Shown: positions 1-9,472 of the stretch, piece after piece
Layout: every line of letters starts with the position of its first letter
Position numbering within the stretch: the stretch's first letter is position 1
IMG/VR virus record: IMGVR_UViG_3300023179_009191
Location: 33,703-97,702 of that record
Reading direction: 5' to 3' (one strand)
Length of the DNA stretch: 64,000 nt
Source of the DNA: a virus
Translations under genes and position numbers: made by a program
The notes under the pieces: model-generated
Told to the model about the DNA's origin: nothing
Seen by the model: only the letters and a program-made list of their open reading frames with translations
The model's database searches: none

Positions 1-96
1 CTGTGACTGAATAGATTAGACCTCTTGCGCGCCAGGCACATAGCCGGGAAGGCGAAGACCTAAGTTTCTAATCGTTCCTCCGCTCTTGATTTTTAT

Positions 97-168
97 GAGG
101 TTCGTGGTGTAATGACAGCACTTCAGATTGTGGTTCTGACTGATAGGGTTTAAATCCCTCCGAACCTC
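97..168 (+). tRNA. tRNA-His(GUG) with encoded G-1
   Basis: Acceptor stem AGGTTCG/CGAACCT, anticodon arm TCAGA-TTGTGGT-TCTGA, T arm AGGG-TTTAAAT-CCCT, G-1:C73 His identity pair; CCA not encoded. Confidence 0.9.
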
Positions 169-178
169 CCTTTTATAG

Positions 179-212
179 TTGAACAATTTTCTATTTCACT
201 TATAATATAAAC
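179..212 (+). promoter_or_regulatory. sigma70-type early promoter, leaderless
   Basis: TTGAAC-N16-TATAAT followed 6 nt later by ATG at 213. Confidence 0.7.
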
Positions 213-449
213 ATGAAAAATACTAAGACGTTGCCAGAAATTAAAATTGGTCCATTCAAGCCTGCTAAGTATTATCAAGCTGACTTTACCGGTCCAGATA
301 AATTCATGGATGAGATCACAGAACTGGGACGCAAAGTTGCTACAAACGATGAGCTTTTTAACATTGGTATTAACTATGTTCTTTCTAATGCAGTTAATGG
401 TCAATTTGAGCTTACTTCAGTAGATAAGAAGAAGAAAAAGAAGAAGTGA
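213..449 (+). CDS. hypothetical protein (poly-Lys C-terminus)
   Basis: ORF directly after promoter. Confidence 0.65.
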   Translation: MKNTKTLPEIKIGPFKPAKYYQADFTGPDKFMDEITELGRKVATNDELFNIGINYVLSNAVNGQFELTSVDKKKKKKK

Positions 450-454
450 GCTAG

Positions 455-793
455 ATGGCAGTTAAATTTACATTAACAGGAGAGCATTTACCTTATGGTG
501 AATTGCAATCTGCTGAAACTAATAACTTGGTTCAGAGTAAAATTACCCATGAGTTTGTAGCAGAAACTTTAGATGAGGTGTTGCCTCAAATAAAGGCTTT
601 CTTACTTGGATTGCAATATAACCCAGAAGGAGATCTGGAATTTGTTAATAATTATCCAGACACTCCTACAGAACAGCCTTTTGAATACAAACCATACAGT
701 TGGCAAGAGCATAATCCTGTGCATGCCAAAGATATTAAGCAGACCACTACCCTAGGTAATACTAAGAAACATAATTGTGTGTCCAAATTGTAA
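455..793 (+). CDS. hypothetical phage protein
   Basis: ORF in tightly packed + strand run. Confidence 0.65.
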   Translation: MAVKFTLTGEHLPYGELQSAETNNLVQSKITHEFVAETLDEVLPQIKAFLLGLQYNPEGDLEFVNNYPDTPTEQPFEYKPYSWQEHNPVHAKDIKQTTTLGNTKKHNCVSKL

Positions 794-892
794 GCTATTA
801 ATTGGTACAGAGTTTAATTTGAGCGTATTTATCCTGCTAGGATTTGTTGCTTGCATAACTGCATTTCTCATTTATATTATAAGAAAGAATAT

Positions 893-1054
893 ATGAGTGA
901 TTTAGTAGATGTTTGGTTTACTTTGGAACAATTGAAAACAATTAAACTTTCTCTAAGTAATTATTACCATGAATGTTCTTCAGATTCTCAATTGGAGCTT
1001 GATCCTATCATAGAGCATATTGACCATCTTATTAAACATTATAATCATAAATGA
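893..1054 (+). CDS. hypothetical protein
   Basis: ATG at 893; ATGA overlap with next ORF. Confidence 0.55.
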   Translation: MSDLVDVWFTLEQLKTIKLSLSNYYHECSSDSQLELDPIIEHIDHLIKHYNHK

Positions 1055-1344
1055 GCATAGACCCCAAGAACAAAGTAGATAAATTTATATTAGAAGCTGT
1101 GAAGAAAATGTTCTCTACTATTGGAGAGAAATATACTGCAGAGTTTGTATTGGACAAAACCTGGTTTCAAAAGAAACAATGGGATATGCAGCAAGAGAAA
1201 AAGTTTAAGAAATGGTTTATTGGCCATGCCAGAAAGCGTTTGGGCTGGAATAAAGCATTAAGTGAAAAAGAATATAGCTGGTTTAACTTGATGTGGGGGT
1301 GGAGTTACAAGGATGAAACAAGAGCTAGAAAACAAACTGTATGA
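1051..1344 (+). CDS. hypothetical protein (Trp-rich)
   Basis: ATGA-coupled ORF. Confidence 0.65.
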   Translation: MSIDPKNKVDKFILEAVKKMFSTIGEKYTAEFVLDKTWFQKKQWDMQQEKKFKKWFIGHARKRLGWNKALSEKEYSWFNLMWGWSYKDETRARKQTV

Positions 1345-1530
1345 GATATGCAATAACTAAAACTTATGATACAGATTCAGACAACCCATATACAAATAAA
1401 GTACCTAGTTTTAATGTTATTGATCTAAAGAACGGTCTTCAGATCATGGATACATTTTATACTCAAGAAGCTGCTGAAAGATACTTGAGTGATATTATTG
1501 ATGAAGCAAGAACTAGAAAACAAACTGTAT
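1312..1530 (+). repeat. 31-bp imperfect direct repeat (1312-1342, 1500-1530) flanking a small ORF
   Basis: GATGAA[A/G]CAAGA[G/A]CTAGAAAACAAACTGTAT, 2 mismatches. Confidence 0.9.
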
Positions 1531-1532
1531 AA
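1341..1532 (+). CDS. hypothetical protein
   Basis: ATGA-coupled ORF between the direct repeats. Confidence 0.55.
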   Translation: MRYAITKTYDTDSDNPYTNKVPSFNVIDLKNGLQIMDTFYTQEAAERYLSDIIDEARTRKQTV

Positions 1533-1839
1533 CGATTTTCCCAAGCTCTTTCGTCAGAAAGACCTGGACAAAATGCAAACATGCATGTGCTGGGGCATTG
1601 AATGTCCTGATGAATGGTTTGATGTGATCTACAAAGCATGTCAACTAATTCAATCCAGGATTGATAATAATCAGCATTTATCTGACAAATATCCGCAAAT
1701 TGAATTTACTCAAGCCAAAGAGAAATTTGGAACTTTGTGCATGTACTACCATCCCCCCACTGATTGGGTGGATGGGGTGTTAGACATGGCAGATGCCATA
1801 TTATATAATGATAAGTTGATTGGCAGACAGCTTAAATGA
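1501..1839 (+). CDS. hypothetical phage protein (W-G-x-E-C...W; Q-x-KEKFG-x-L motif)
   Basis: QAKEKFGTL motif recurrent in small phage proteins. Confidence 0.7.
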   Translation: MKQELENKLYNDFPKLFRQKDLDKMQTCMCWGIECPDEWFDVIYKACQLIQSRIDNNQHLSDKYPQIEFTQAKEKFGTLCMYYHPPTDWVDGVLDMADAILYNDKLIGRQLK

Positions 1840-1931
1840 ATAGTGTGATTGAATTTGCAGATGTGGCTTCTGTATTTTTATGCTTGAGCTTCTTCATATT
1901 CTGCTATATGATGTTTAAGAATAAATAAATT

Positions 1932-2621
1932 ATGGGACTATTTGACACAGTAATTATTGAAAAACTTAAACTGGAATATCCTCCAGAAGTGGATAGCTTC
2001 TTGAAAGAAAGAAATGCAGAATTTCCTAATGATTTTCAAACCAAAGATTTGGATTGCAGCATGGCCATGTACAAAATCACAGAAGATGGCCAACTGTGGC
2101 ATGAGCAAAGGGTCCCTAATGGTAAGAAAGTAAAAAGAGAGCCATGGCCCAGGTTCAAGCAGGACTTGTCTTGGCTGGAAACTGTTTACTGGGATTATAG
2201 AGAAAAGCAGCTTGATAAAAAAATGAATGCATTGTATTCTGAATTTGATGAAGGTTATGATTTGGTTTTCAAACCTTCTAATGTTACTACCACTATCAAT
2301 CTGTATACTTTTGAATTGATTCAAGACAAATACTTGACCTTAGATTACGAAGTAATCTTGGTAGGAGGCAAAGTAGTGAGCTCCCGTTTAACTCATCATG
2401 AGATTGAAACAGATGAAGAAAAAAATAATAGAGAGATTAGAGATAAAGAGTTAGACGAAAATCTAACCGCCCGCAGAAAAGCTTTGAATAAACTGCATGC
2501 ACAATGGTATTACCCTGTTATTAAAGAGGTATACAATCCTCTGGTATTTCTTACAAGTAAGTCCCTGCAATACATAGCAGAAAGACTAAAACAGTTGAGC
2601 TATAAGCTAACAAAATATTGA
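1932..2621 (+). CDS. hypothetical protein (MGLFD...FQTKDLD family)
   Basis: 229-aa ORF; ATAAATA motif just upstream. Confidence 0.75.
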   Translation: MGLFDTVIIEKLKLEYPPEVDSFLKERNAEFPNDFQTKDLDCSMAMYKITEDGQLWHEQRVPNGKKVKREPWPRFKQDLSWLETVYWDYREKQLDKKMNALYSEFDEGYDLVFKPSNVTTTINLYTFELIQDKYLTLDYEVILVGGKVVSSRLTHHEIETDEEKNNREIRDKELDENLTARRKALNKLHAQWYYPVIKEVYNPLVFLTSKSLQYIAERLKQLSYKLTKY

Positions 2622-2658
2622 AAATACTTTTAAAAAAGAGAGAAAGGAGTATATCTGG

Positions 2659-2937
2659 GTGAGTAAAGATAAACAATTAGAAAGTGCTTGGAAAGTGAGA
2701 TTTCCTTTTTGGTTTTGGGGTAAACTTCCCTTCAATTTAAGATATGAAATCTTTCTGTTTCACAAGTTGAGAGAATGGAGAGATGGAATGTCCTTCTTTG
2801 AATTGATTATTAATTTAGACAGGTATGACAAATTTGAATATATAAAATTTAAAGATAACCCTACATTTAATTTTCATTTAATCATTTTAAACTTTACAAT
2901 ATTTCAGATAGAAATATACAAAAGAAAAAATGACTAA
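2659..2937 (+). CDS. hypothetical protein
   Basis: ORF, GTG start. Confidence 0.55.
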   Translation: MSKDKQLESAWKVRFPFWFWGKLPFNLRYEIFLFHKLREWRDGMSFFELIINLDRYDKFEYIKFKDNPTFNFHLIILNFTIFQIEIYKRKND

Positions 2938-3190
2938 TAACGAACTTCACAACGAATTGATGCATGTTGTGGTGAGGCTCCCCCAAGATTATGAGCCTTT
3001 TGGAACAGTTAAGAGATGGGAAGATGATAACAAAAATTATCCAGATTGTTCCATGGGGTGTAGGTATTATAAACCTCTGAAAGGAGAGTTGGGCCAAGAT
3101 TGGGGTGTTTGTGTTAACCGCAACAATTACAGGTTTGGATTATTGACTTTTGAACATATGAGCGGGGTTACTTGTTTCGAAAAAGCTTGA
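2930..3190 (+). CDS. Cys-rich DUF3027-like protein
   Basis: C-x3-C-x-YY-x-PL-x-G-x-LG-x-DWGVC-x-N...EH...C pattern. Confidence 0.55.
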   Translation: MTNNELHNELMHVVVRLPQDYEPFGTVKRWEDDNKNYPDCSMGCRYYKPLKGELGQDWGVCVNRNNYRFGLLTFEHMSGVTCFEKA

Positions 3191-3220
3191 CCATATTCTA
3201 AATTCCTACATATTTTAACC

Positions 3221-3406
3221 ATGGATTTAACAACTAATGTACAAAGACTAGTGGAAGAGATCTGCTACATGTCTGAGGGATTTGGAAGTATAGACAGAGC
3301 TATTAGCTTTGCTAAAGATAGACAAATTAATCTTAACTATCATGTTCCCGGTCATATGTGGCCAGACATTGAGCTTGAGTTGGAAGAGCTTATAGCCAAT
3401 CAATAA
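3221..3406 (+). CDS. hypothetical early protein
   Basis: Leaderless after promoter 3187. Confidence 0.65.
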   Translation: MDLTTNVQRLVEEICYMSEGFGSIDRAISFAKDRQINLNYHVPGHMWPDIELELEELIANQ

Positions 3407-3445
3407 AAAGCTTGACTAAATTTCTAGTTCCTTCATAATATAGGC

Positions 3446-3718
3446 ATGATGAAAAAAGATACATTTATAAAAGATTGGGAAGAATGGGCTGATATGACCA
3501 ACAAGCTTCCTTTGGAGATTCGAGTCAATAGCCGCAGGGCAGGGGCTTACAGTATCAAAAAGAGTGGCATGCTACCAGAAGGCTGTGGCATCAGTTCTTC
3601 AGATGTTAATCATGAATTGTTTAGCATCTGGAAAGATTGCGGTAAAGATTTTTCCAGCTATCTTTCAACGTTAGTTGAGCTTTTAAATCAGAGAGAAGAT
3701 AGTGAGGTAATGGCATGA
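3446..3718 (+). CDS. hypothetical early protein
   Basis: Leaderless ATGATG after promoter 3412. Confidence 0.7.
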   Translation: MMKKDTFIKDWEEWADMTNKLPLEIRVNSRRAGAYSIKKSGMLPEGCGISSSDVNHELFSIWKDCGKDFSSYLSTLVELLNQREDSEVMA

Positions 3719-3809
3719 AGCTTTCCGTTAATTTAGTTATTTTTATTCTGGGCATTTTATGCTGGAGTATTATAATTAGTGGAAGTATATTAATAAATTA
3801 TCTACTCAA

Positions 3810-4004
3810 ATGAATCATACTGAATCAAATAATTTTACAGAAGAACATCTTGGCAAGAGAGTAAAATTCTATCTGGATGATGGTTCGCTTTTTACTGGCA
3901 TTATTACTAGTTTTCCCAATGAAGAGCATGTGTCTGTTCTGGTTGATCATGCCTGGTCAAATTGGAATTGGTATGTGAGGAATGAAGCTGTCTTGCTTGT
4001 ATGA
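3810..4004 (+). CDS. hypothetical protein, possible SH3/Sm-like fold
   Basis: LGKRVKF...FTGIIT pattern. Confidence 0.5.
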   Translation: MNHTESNNFTEEHLGKRVKFYLDDGSLFTGIITSFPNEEHVSVLVDHAWSNWNWYVRNEAVLLV

Positions 4005-4154
4005 CTCAGAAACAAGCTCTTAAAATATTGAAGTGCATTCAGATAGATCCCTCCCTAGCAGACCAATTTACTGAAGAAGAAATAGAACAACTTGAATGTG
4101 AAGCTCATAAAAAAGCTTGACAAAATATAATATTTCACTCATAATATAACAATC

Positions 4155-5066
4155 ATGAATATAAAAGTGGGATCTACAAAGTTTCAACATATCAGTGAAA
4201 TTACCATTCCAGATGTGTATTACCGCAGGCTCAAGTGTGGCAATGAGAAGATTGATGCTGCATTTGGTGATGGCATTTTGCCTGGTAGTAGCATTACTCT
4301 GACTGCCCGGGCTGGCATGGGCAAGACTACTTTTGTGTTGCAGTTGCTGGAAATGCTTAACAATCAAGGACACAAAGTGGGCTACTGCTCTTCTGAGGAG
4401 AGTGTTGCCCAGCTTGCCATGACTTGCAAACGTTTGCAAGTGAAGAATATCCAGGTGTGCAATGAGAGTGATGTGGATACCATCTCCAAGTACATGGAAG
4501 ACTTGGATGTTGTTGTGGTAGATAGCTTTCAGAGTTTGGTCAAAGGCAATAAGAAGGGCAGAGAGCTGGAGAAGTATTGCATTGAGAAATTGGTAATTCG
4601 TGCCAAGGAGACTGAGTGTGCAGTTATCTTGATCTGTCACAATACCAAAGCTGGTGGCATCAAGGGCAGTTCTTTTATTATTCATGCTGTGGATGTTAAC
4701 ATTTCTATTCACCAGATCAAAGACGCTGATATTAATGCCCGTTGCATTCGGTTTGATAAGAATCGCTTTGGTCCTGCAGTTGATATTGAAGGGTTCATTG
4801 AATACTCTGGTTATGACTTTGACAAAGAGGTGGTTGTTGATGCAGGTGCAGATAACAAGCCTTCCAAAGCAGACAAGAAGAAAGAGCAGAGAGACATTAT
4901 TCTCAAGATGGAAACGGTTACTGTGCAAGAGGTTTGCAAGAAACTCAGCATTGACAGTACCCGTGCAGGATTTCTTCTCAGAGAACTGGTCCTGGAATGC
5001 AAATTGGTCAAGCAAGGCAGAGGGGTTGAAGCCACTTATGCCAAGCCTGATATTAATGTTGACTAG
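4155..5066 (+). CDS. RadA/Sms-like RecA-fold ATPase with C-terminal HTH-like domain
   Basis: Walker A ARAGMGKTT, SSEES, Walker B VVVVDSFQS, ICHNTKAGGIKG, RadA signature KNRFG. Confidence 0.85.
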   Translation: MNIKVGSTKFQHISEITIPDVYYRRLKCGNEKIDAAFGDGILPGSSITLTARAGMGKTTFVLQLLEMLNNQGHKVGYCSSEESVAQLAMTCKRLQVKNIQVCNESDVDTISKYMEDLDVVVVDSFQSLVKGNKKGRELEKYCIEKLVIRAKETECAVILICHNTKAGGIKGSSFIIHAVDVNISIHQIKDADINARCIRFDKNRFGPAVDIEGFIEYSGYDFDKEVVVDAGADNKPSKADKKKEQRDIILKMETVTVQEVCKKLSIDSTRAGFLLRELVLECKLVKQGRGVEATYAKPDINVD

Positions 5067-5092
5067 GTCTTATATTCCTTCATAATAGTATC

Positions 5093-5677
5093 ATGATGAT
5101 TGCACAAGATACCAAAGTTATTAACGATAGCCATTTTGACCGTCTTTATAATAAAGACTTTGTGTTTGATGTTCATGATACGAATAACTTTCTTCGCCTT
5201 CCTAATGGCAGAGTTCAGGCTAACGTTTCTTTTAGCCCTCGTTATTCAGATCGCTATTCCACTAAGAATAACTATCTTTTTATTAGCGGTGAGCGTGGTC
5301 CTCATGAGTTAGATTCCTCTGTTAAGTATTACCATCAAGAGCTTCAACCTGGCCCAAAAGGTGAGGATGAAGCCATGGATAAAGAATGGCGTATTTACAA
5401 TCGTAAAGAAGTTAAGATCATGAACACATATCTTCTTATTCTGGGTTGTGAAATTGAATATCGTGCTAAGAATGTTGACAGCGAAACTTCGTGGGATTTT
5501 CCTGGTTTCTATATGGTACTATCAGAGTGGCTTAACAAGAGTGGTTTTTATAATCGAACCTTCAGTCCTTATGCTGGCTGCCAGATATGCAAATGCTCCC
5601 CTGGCTTCAAGTTAAAGAATGTGCATCCTAGCATTAAGAATGTGGCCATGTATGTGGATTTCAAAGAAAATGAGTGA
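5093..5677 (+). CDS. hypothetical early protein (AGC-x2-C-x-CSPGF motif)
   Basis: Leaderless ATGATG; C-terminal Cys cluster. Confidence 0.7.
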   Translation: MMIAQDTKVINDSHFDRLYNKDFVFDVHDTNNFLRLPNGRVQANVSFSPRYSDRYSTKNNYLFISGERGPHELDSSVKYYHQELQPGPKGEDEAMDKEWRIYNRKEVKIMNTYLLILGCEIEYRAKNVDSETSWDFPGFYMVLSEWLNKSGFYNRTFSPYAGCQICKCSPGFKLKNVHPSIKNVAMYVDFKENE

Positions 5678-5797
5678 TGGCATTTACTTGGAAGCTATTC
5701 AAAATCTTAGAGAAGAAAACAAGAAGCTAGAAGAGCAAGTTTCATCCCTGAAAAAAATGATTGAGGACCTTATCAATTCCTATAACATTGTTATTAA

Positions 5798-6274
5798 ATG
5801 AGCGCATATATCTACAAATTAATTAGTCCGAAGAAATATACTTGGATGAATGTACAATTTGAGACCAATGGACTAGCTGAAACCAAACCAGTCTATCATC
5901 TTAAGTTTTGGTATAAACCATACAACGGTATGGAAGATGATAAGAAACTTCAAAAACAGTTATGTAGAGAAGAGAGGAAGACCAAAGAGCTTTTTAAAAA
6001 TGTAAAGGTTGAATATGCTATTCTTACATTTGGCTGGGATGGGGGTAAGGGCAGTATTAGTAAACCTTTTAATCATGGGGAATACTTTGGATGCTATCAA
6101 GTAGTCAATTGGAATAAGCTGAGGCGAAATGGTGAAATTATTGACCTTGACGAAGCCTGGCTAGGTAATTGTAATAGGATTTGTTTTAATGATGAGGCAT
6201 TTGATAACATCTATCATAAAGCCTTCCTAGCTTCAAGAGAAGATATTGTAGATGAGGTGATGAGTTGTGCCTGA
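5798..6274 (+). CDS. hypothetical protein
   Basis: ORF overlapping neighbours. Confidence 0.65.
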   Translation: MSAYIYKLISPKKYTWMNVQFETNGLAETKPVYHLKFWYKPYNGMEDDKKLQKQLCREERKTKELFKNVKVEYAILTFGWDGGKGSISKPFNHGEYFGCYQVVNWNKLRRNGEIIDLDEAWLGNCNRICFNDEAFDNIYHKAFLASREDIVDEVMSCA

Positions 6275-7171
6275 CATGTATCACAAGAAGAAGTTCAAAG
6301 GCAAGCATCTCAAAGGGTGCAAGTATGAATACTCCACCTGGATGGGGAGCGATCTGGGGTGGGTGGATACTTTCAGAGATATAGAAGGTGAAAAAATTCT
6401 GAATGCATATTACCAAGCCAAAGCAGACTTTGAAGACAGAGATTTTGAACGCAAAATGAAATTGGTTTGACTCTATGAAATACATTTCACTGCACATGGG
6501 TGGGGAACAATATGACTATGCTTATGAGCCACAAACTTGCACAGTGTATACTCAAATGTTCAATCAAGTGCCTGTGCACAGTGTGCATTTGAGGTGTGGT
6601 ACCATTCTCAAGCATGATGACTTGAGACAGTTGATACAAAATAAACTGCAAGCTTATGAAATGCTTGAAAACAGCTTTTGATACAGTATAATCATGTGAT
6701 GAAACATGTATTTGAATTGTATGAACATGGAAGCAGAGGCATTGTATTCAAAGGGTATCAAACTGTGCATGCACCAGATGCTGAAACTGCCAGGCTATCT
6801 GCACAAGACCAATTTCCAGAATACCATGTGGTGCCCATTCATGTGCCTGAGGGCAAGCAGTGAGTGTGGTCAAAATGATGGGTGAGTATTTTCAAAACAC
6901 CATTTATGCACACACACATGCAGTGTTTGCTCAATTGGGCATCACCATTGACAAGGATAACATCTGGCATGATTTGGCTCAAACCACCCCTCAATGCATG
7001 AAGAGCACATTTTACATCAAAGGTGTGGACAATGTGGTCAGAAAAGACTTTCATGCTGCAGTTGCTGCCAGCAAATTGCACAATCCCCAATTGACACAAC
7101 TCAAAGTCAAAAGCAAGAGACCAGGCAAAGAAGTTAGATTCTACCTGGAAGTTACCAAGAGTGCACTCTGA
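6267..7171 (+). CDS. run of four small hypothetical ORFs (6267-6470, 6475-6681, 6678-6863, 6860-7171)
   Basis: Abutting or overlapping + strand ORFs. Confidence 0.5.
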
Positions 7172-7781
7172 GTGACAGCCCATGAATTTGTTCAAATGTA
7201 TCTCAAATTCTATTATGACTCTGTGGTCATGAGGAATCAAGATATGCATGAGAAGTTTGATGACTTGGCAGAAATGGCTTTGCAGATTATTAATGAAAAA
7301 AATTAACATGTTCATCATGGACTTTGCAGGATATTTTGTTATTCTGGCAGGAGCAGCATTGATTGCAATGGTGGAAATGTTGGTTCAAATGAAACAAACG
7401 TTGCAGAAGTTTTTGTTGGATTTTATTGTTCCCTTGATTTTAGAATTTGCTGCATGTGCAAATTGGATTTTGGCAATTGCCTGGCAAGGAACATTGAGCA
7501 TCACATCAGATGTTGCTCTTCAATTGAGCCAATGGTTGTTGCATGTGAGCAGAGTGTCTCATGCCAGGAGTGAACAGTTAATTTGTAAAACTTGGCACAA
7601 CTGAGAAACTGCAGCATATGCTGCATGCATGAACATGGAGCCACCTCAAAGACACATGACTCATGTTAAAAAATCATAATTTTGCCTGGTTTCCCATGAA
7701 TATTTGCATGCCTGAGGCAACTATTTCATGGTGGAAGCTGTGCAAATCAAATATTTACAACCCCTGATAATAAATAACTAT

Positions 7782-8372
7782 ATGAGAAAAGATGATCATC
7801 TAATTTATGAATCTTTGGTACAAAGCAGGATGCCTATGGGTGATGAGCAGGCAGCTAAGATTATTACAGATAAGATCAAAGGTACTCCTAATCTTAACAT
7901 ACAGAACATAAAAATGTATGTGCAAAAATATCTAGGAATGGTGGGTAAATCACCATCAGATGTGGATTATATTGCTTCTCTGGTGCATGATAATTTACAG
8001 AACATGGGCATGGGAGAGAATGCTGAAGGTCCTGTGAAGATTGACAGAGTGAGTGCCACAGATATCATAAAACCTGTGTCTCAACAATCTGGACCTGTGA
8101 AAATAGATTGGGGAGTAGAAGATGATGAGAATGCCTCAGGTGCATCTGCTGCTTTTCATTATGATCCCATGCCCGGATTAGAAAAGACAGCTGTCCAAAT
8201 TAGAGACTTATTGCAAGGGGCAGCCAATGATGAGGTGAGAACTGAGCACATCATCAAGATGGCCCAGACCATACTAGGCTCTCCTAAAGACTATGATGCC
8301 AATGAATACAGAAAAATGCTGGATGGATTGATTGTGCTGTTGAACAGATTCATTGTAGTCCCCATGAATTAA
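7782..8372 (+). CDS. late hypothetical protein, possible internal head protein
   Basis: ATAAATA upstream; LIYE possible prohead-protease site; GPVKID occurs twice. Confidence 0.6.
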   Translation: MRKDDHLIYESLVQSRMPMGDEQAAKIITDKIKGTPNLNIQNIKMYVQKYLGMVGKSPSDVDYIASLVHDNLQNMGMGENAEGPVKIDRVSATDIIKPVSQQSGPVKIDWGVEDDENASGASAAFHYDPMPGLEKTAVQIRDLLQGAANDEVRTEHIIKMAQTILGSPKDYDANEYRKMLDGLIVLLNRFIVVPMN

Positions 8373-8460
8373 TTTTTTTAGAAAACTAAAAACACCGTTA
8401 TTCCATTAGCTTTAGCTGCACGGTTGGGCCTGAAAAATTCTCAGACACATAAATATACAC

Positions 8461-8877
8461 ATGGCCTTGGGCACAGTGGATTATGTGAGTACTGCACCAT
8501 GGAACAATGCATTGAACCCATGGCCTCAGTATGCTCAATTGCAATTGTCTGCTGCAGACATACAAGGTGGTGCATGGTTAACATATACTCTGTTACAATT
8601 TGATCCATTAACACCTGAAATATTTTACAGTGCCAATACAGAAGAAGGCAATTACTTGACATGCAATGGAACTGAATGGAAAGTTATAGCTCAAGAAGAG
8701 TTAGATTATTATATTTTAACAACTGCAATCAGAGCCTTACCTGCAGGATACAAGCAAGGCAACACGGGCTGGATTGCAGTAGAAGGTAGCCAAGTGACCA
8801 GCATCAGCATCATGCCAGTGACCACAGTGCTAACTCCATGGGAATTCAGAAGAAGAAGATCATTGGAATATGTGTAA
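8461..8877 (+). CDS. late hypothetical protein, possibly virion-associated
   Basis: CATAAATA late promoter 5 nt upstream; beta-rich composition. Confidence 0.6.
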   Translation: MALGTVDYVSTAPWNNALNPWPQYAQLQLSAADIQGGAWLTYTLLQFDPLTPEIFYSANTEEGNYLTCNGTEWKVIAQEELDYYILTTAIRALPAGYKQGNTGWIAVEGSQVTSISIMPVTTVLTPWEFRRRRSLEYV

Positions 8878-9084
8878 AAAAAGCAGATAATATTGGAAAA
8901 TAAGTGAAAAACAGAAGGAAAAACATTGAATTGTGGTGGAAAATGACATTTTTCTGTTACCCGGCACTGTACATTGCAGTGTATTTGATGTATGTTGTTA
9001 GTAGAAATGGCTAGGAAATACAGAAATAGTGGGAAAATACCAGAAAATGCTTGACTAAAATACGCGATCATATACAATAGGTAA

Positions 9085-9354
9085 ATGATGAATGCAACAG
9101 AACAAGTCGGACTTAAATTCGAAACCTATCAAGAGCTCTCAGAGGGGGCCAAGGAGCTCTATAATACCATGTTCGATTATTTCACCTATTCTCCGGACCC
9201 TCGCTATAAGCATATCCACGAATTTAGGAAGCGTATTACCAGTTACAAGGGTAAGGACTTTACGATTCTCCAAGAGTACTTTAATAATGAACCGGCTATA
9301 CAGTGGCATGGACAGTCTGCTCCTCCGTGGGAATACTTTAAAGATCCTTATTGA
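9085..9354 (+). CDS. hypothetical early protein
   Basis: Leaderless ATGATG after promoter 9051. Confidence 0.7.
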   Translation: MMNATEQVGLKFETYQELSEGAKELYNTMFDYFTYSPDPRYKHIHEFRKRITSYKGKDFTILQEYFNNEPAIQWHGQSAPPWEYFKDPY

Positions 9355-9423
9355 ACTATTATCCCCGGACAACGATTATCCCCGTCTCATTTCTACACGA
9401 ACTTAAACAACGATTATCCCCGT
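9354..9423 (+). repeat. three iteron-like direct repeats (ACAACGATTATCCCCGT)
   Basis: Exact 17-mers at 9369-9385 and 9407-9423; partial copy at 9354-9367. Confidence 0.85.
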
Positions 9424-9472
9424 TTGAGAATAATAGCCTTGTATATTCGTTAACCGCCTCTATAATATACTG

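Noticed and set aside
4068-5085. Long alternative-frame ORFs (4068-5015 minus, 4654-5085 plus)
   Set aside because: Shadows of the RadA-like gene, with no motifs or expression signals.
9354-9423. Possible mini-CRISPR array
   Set aside because: Repeats are only 17 bp, non-palindromic and irregularly spaced (about 1 and 21 nt); no cas genes in the window.
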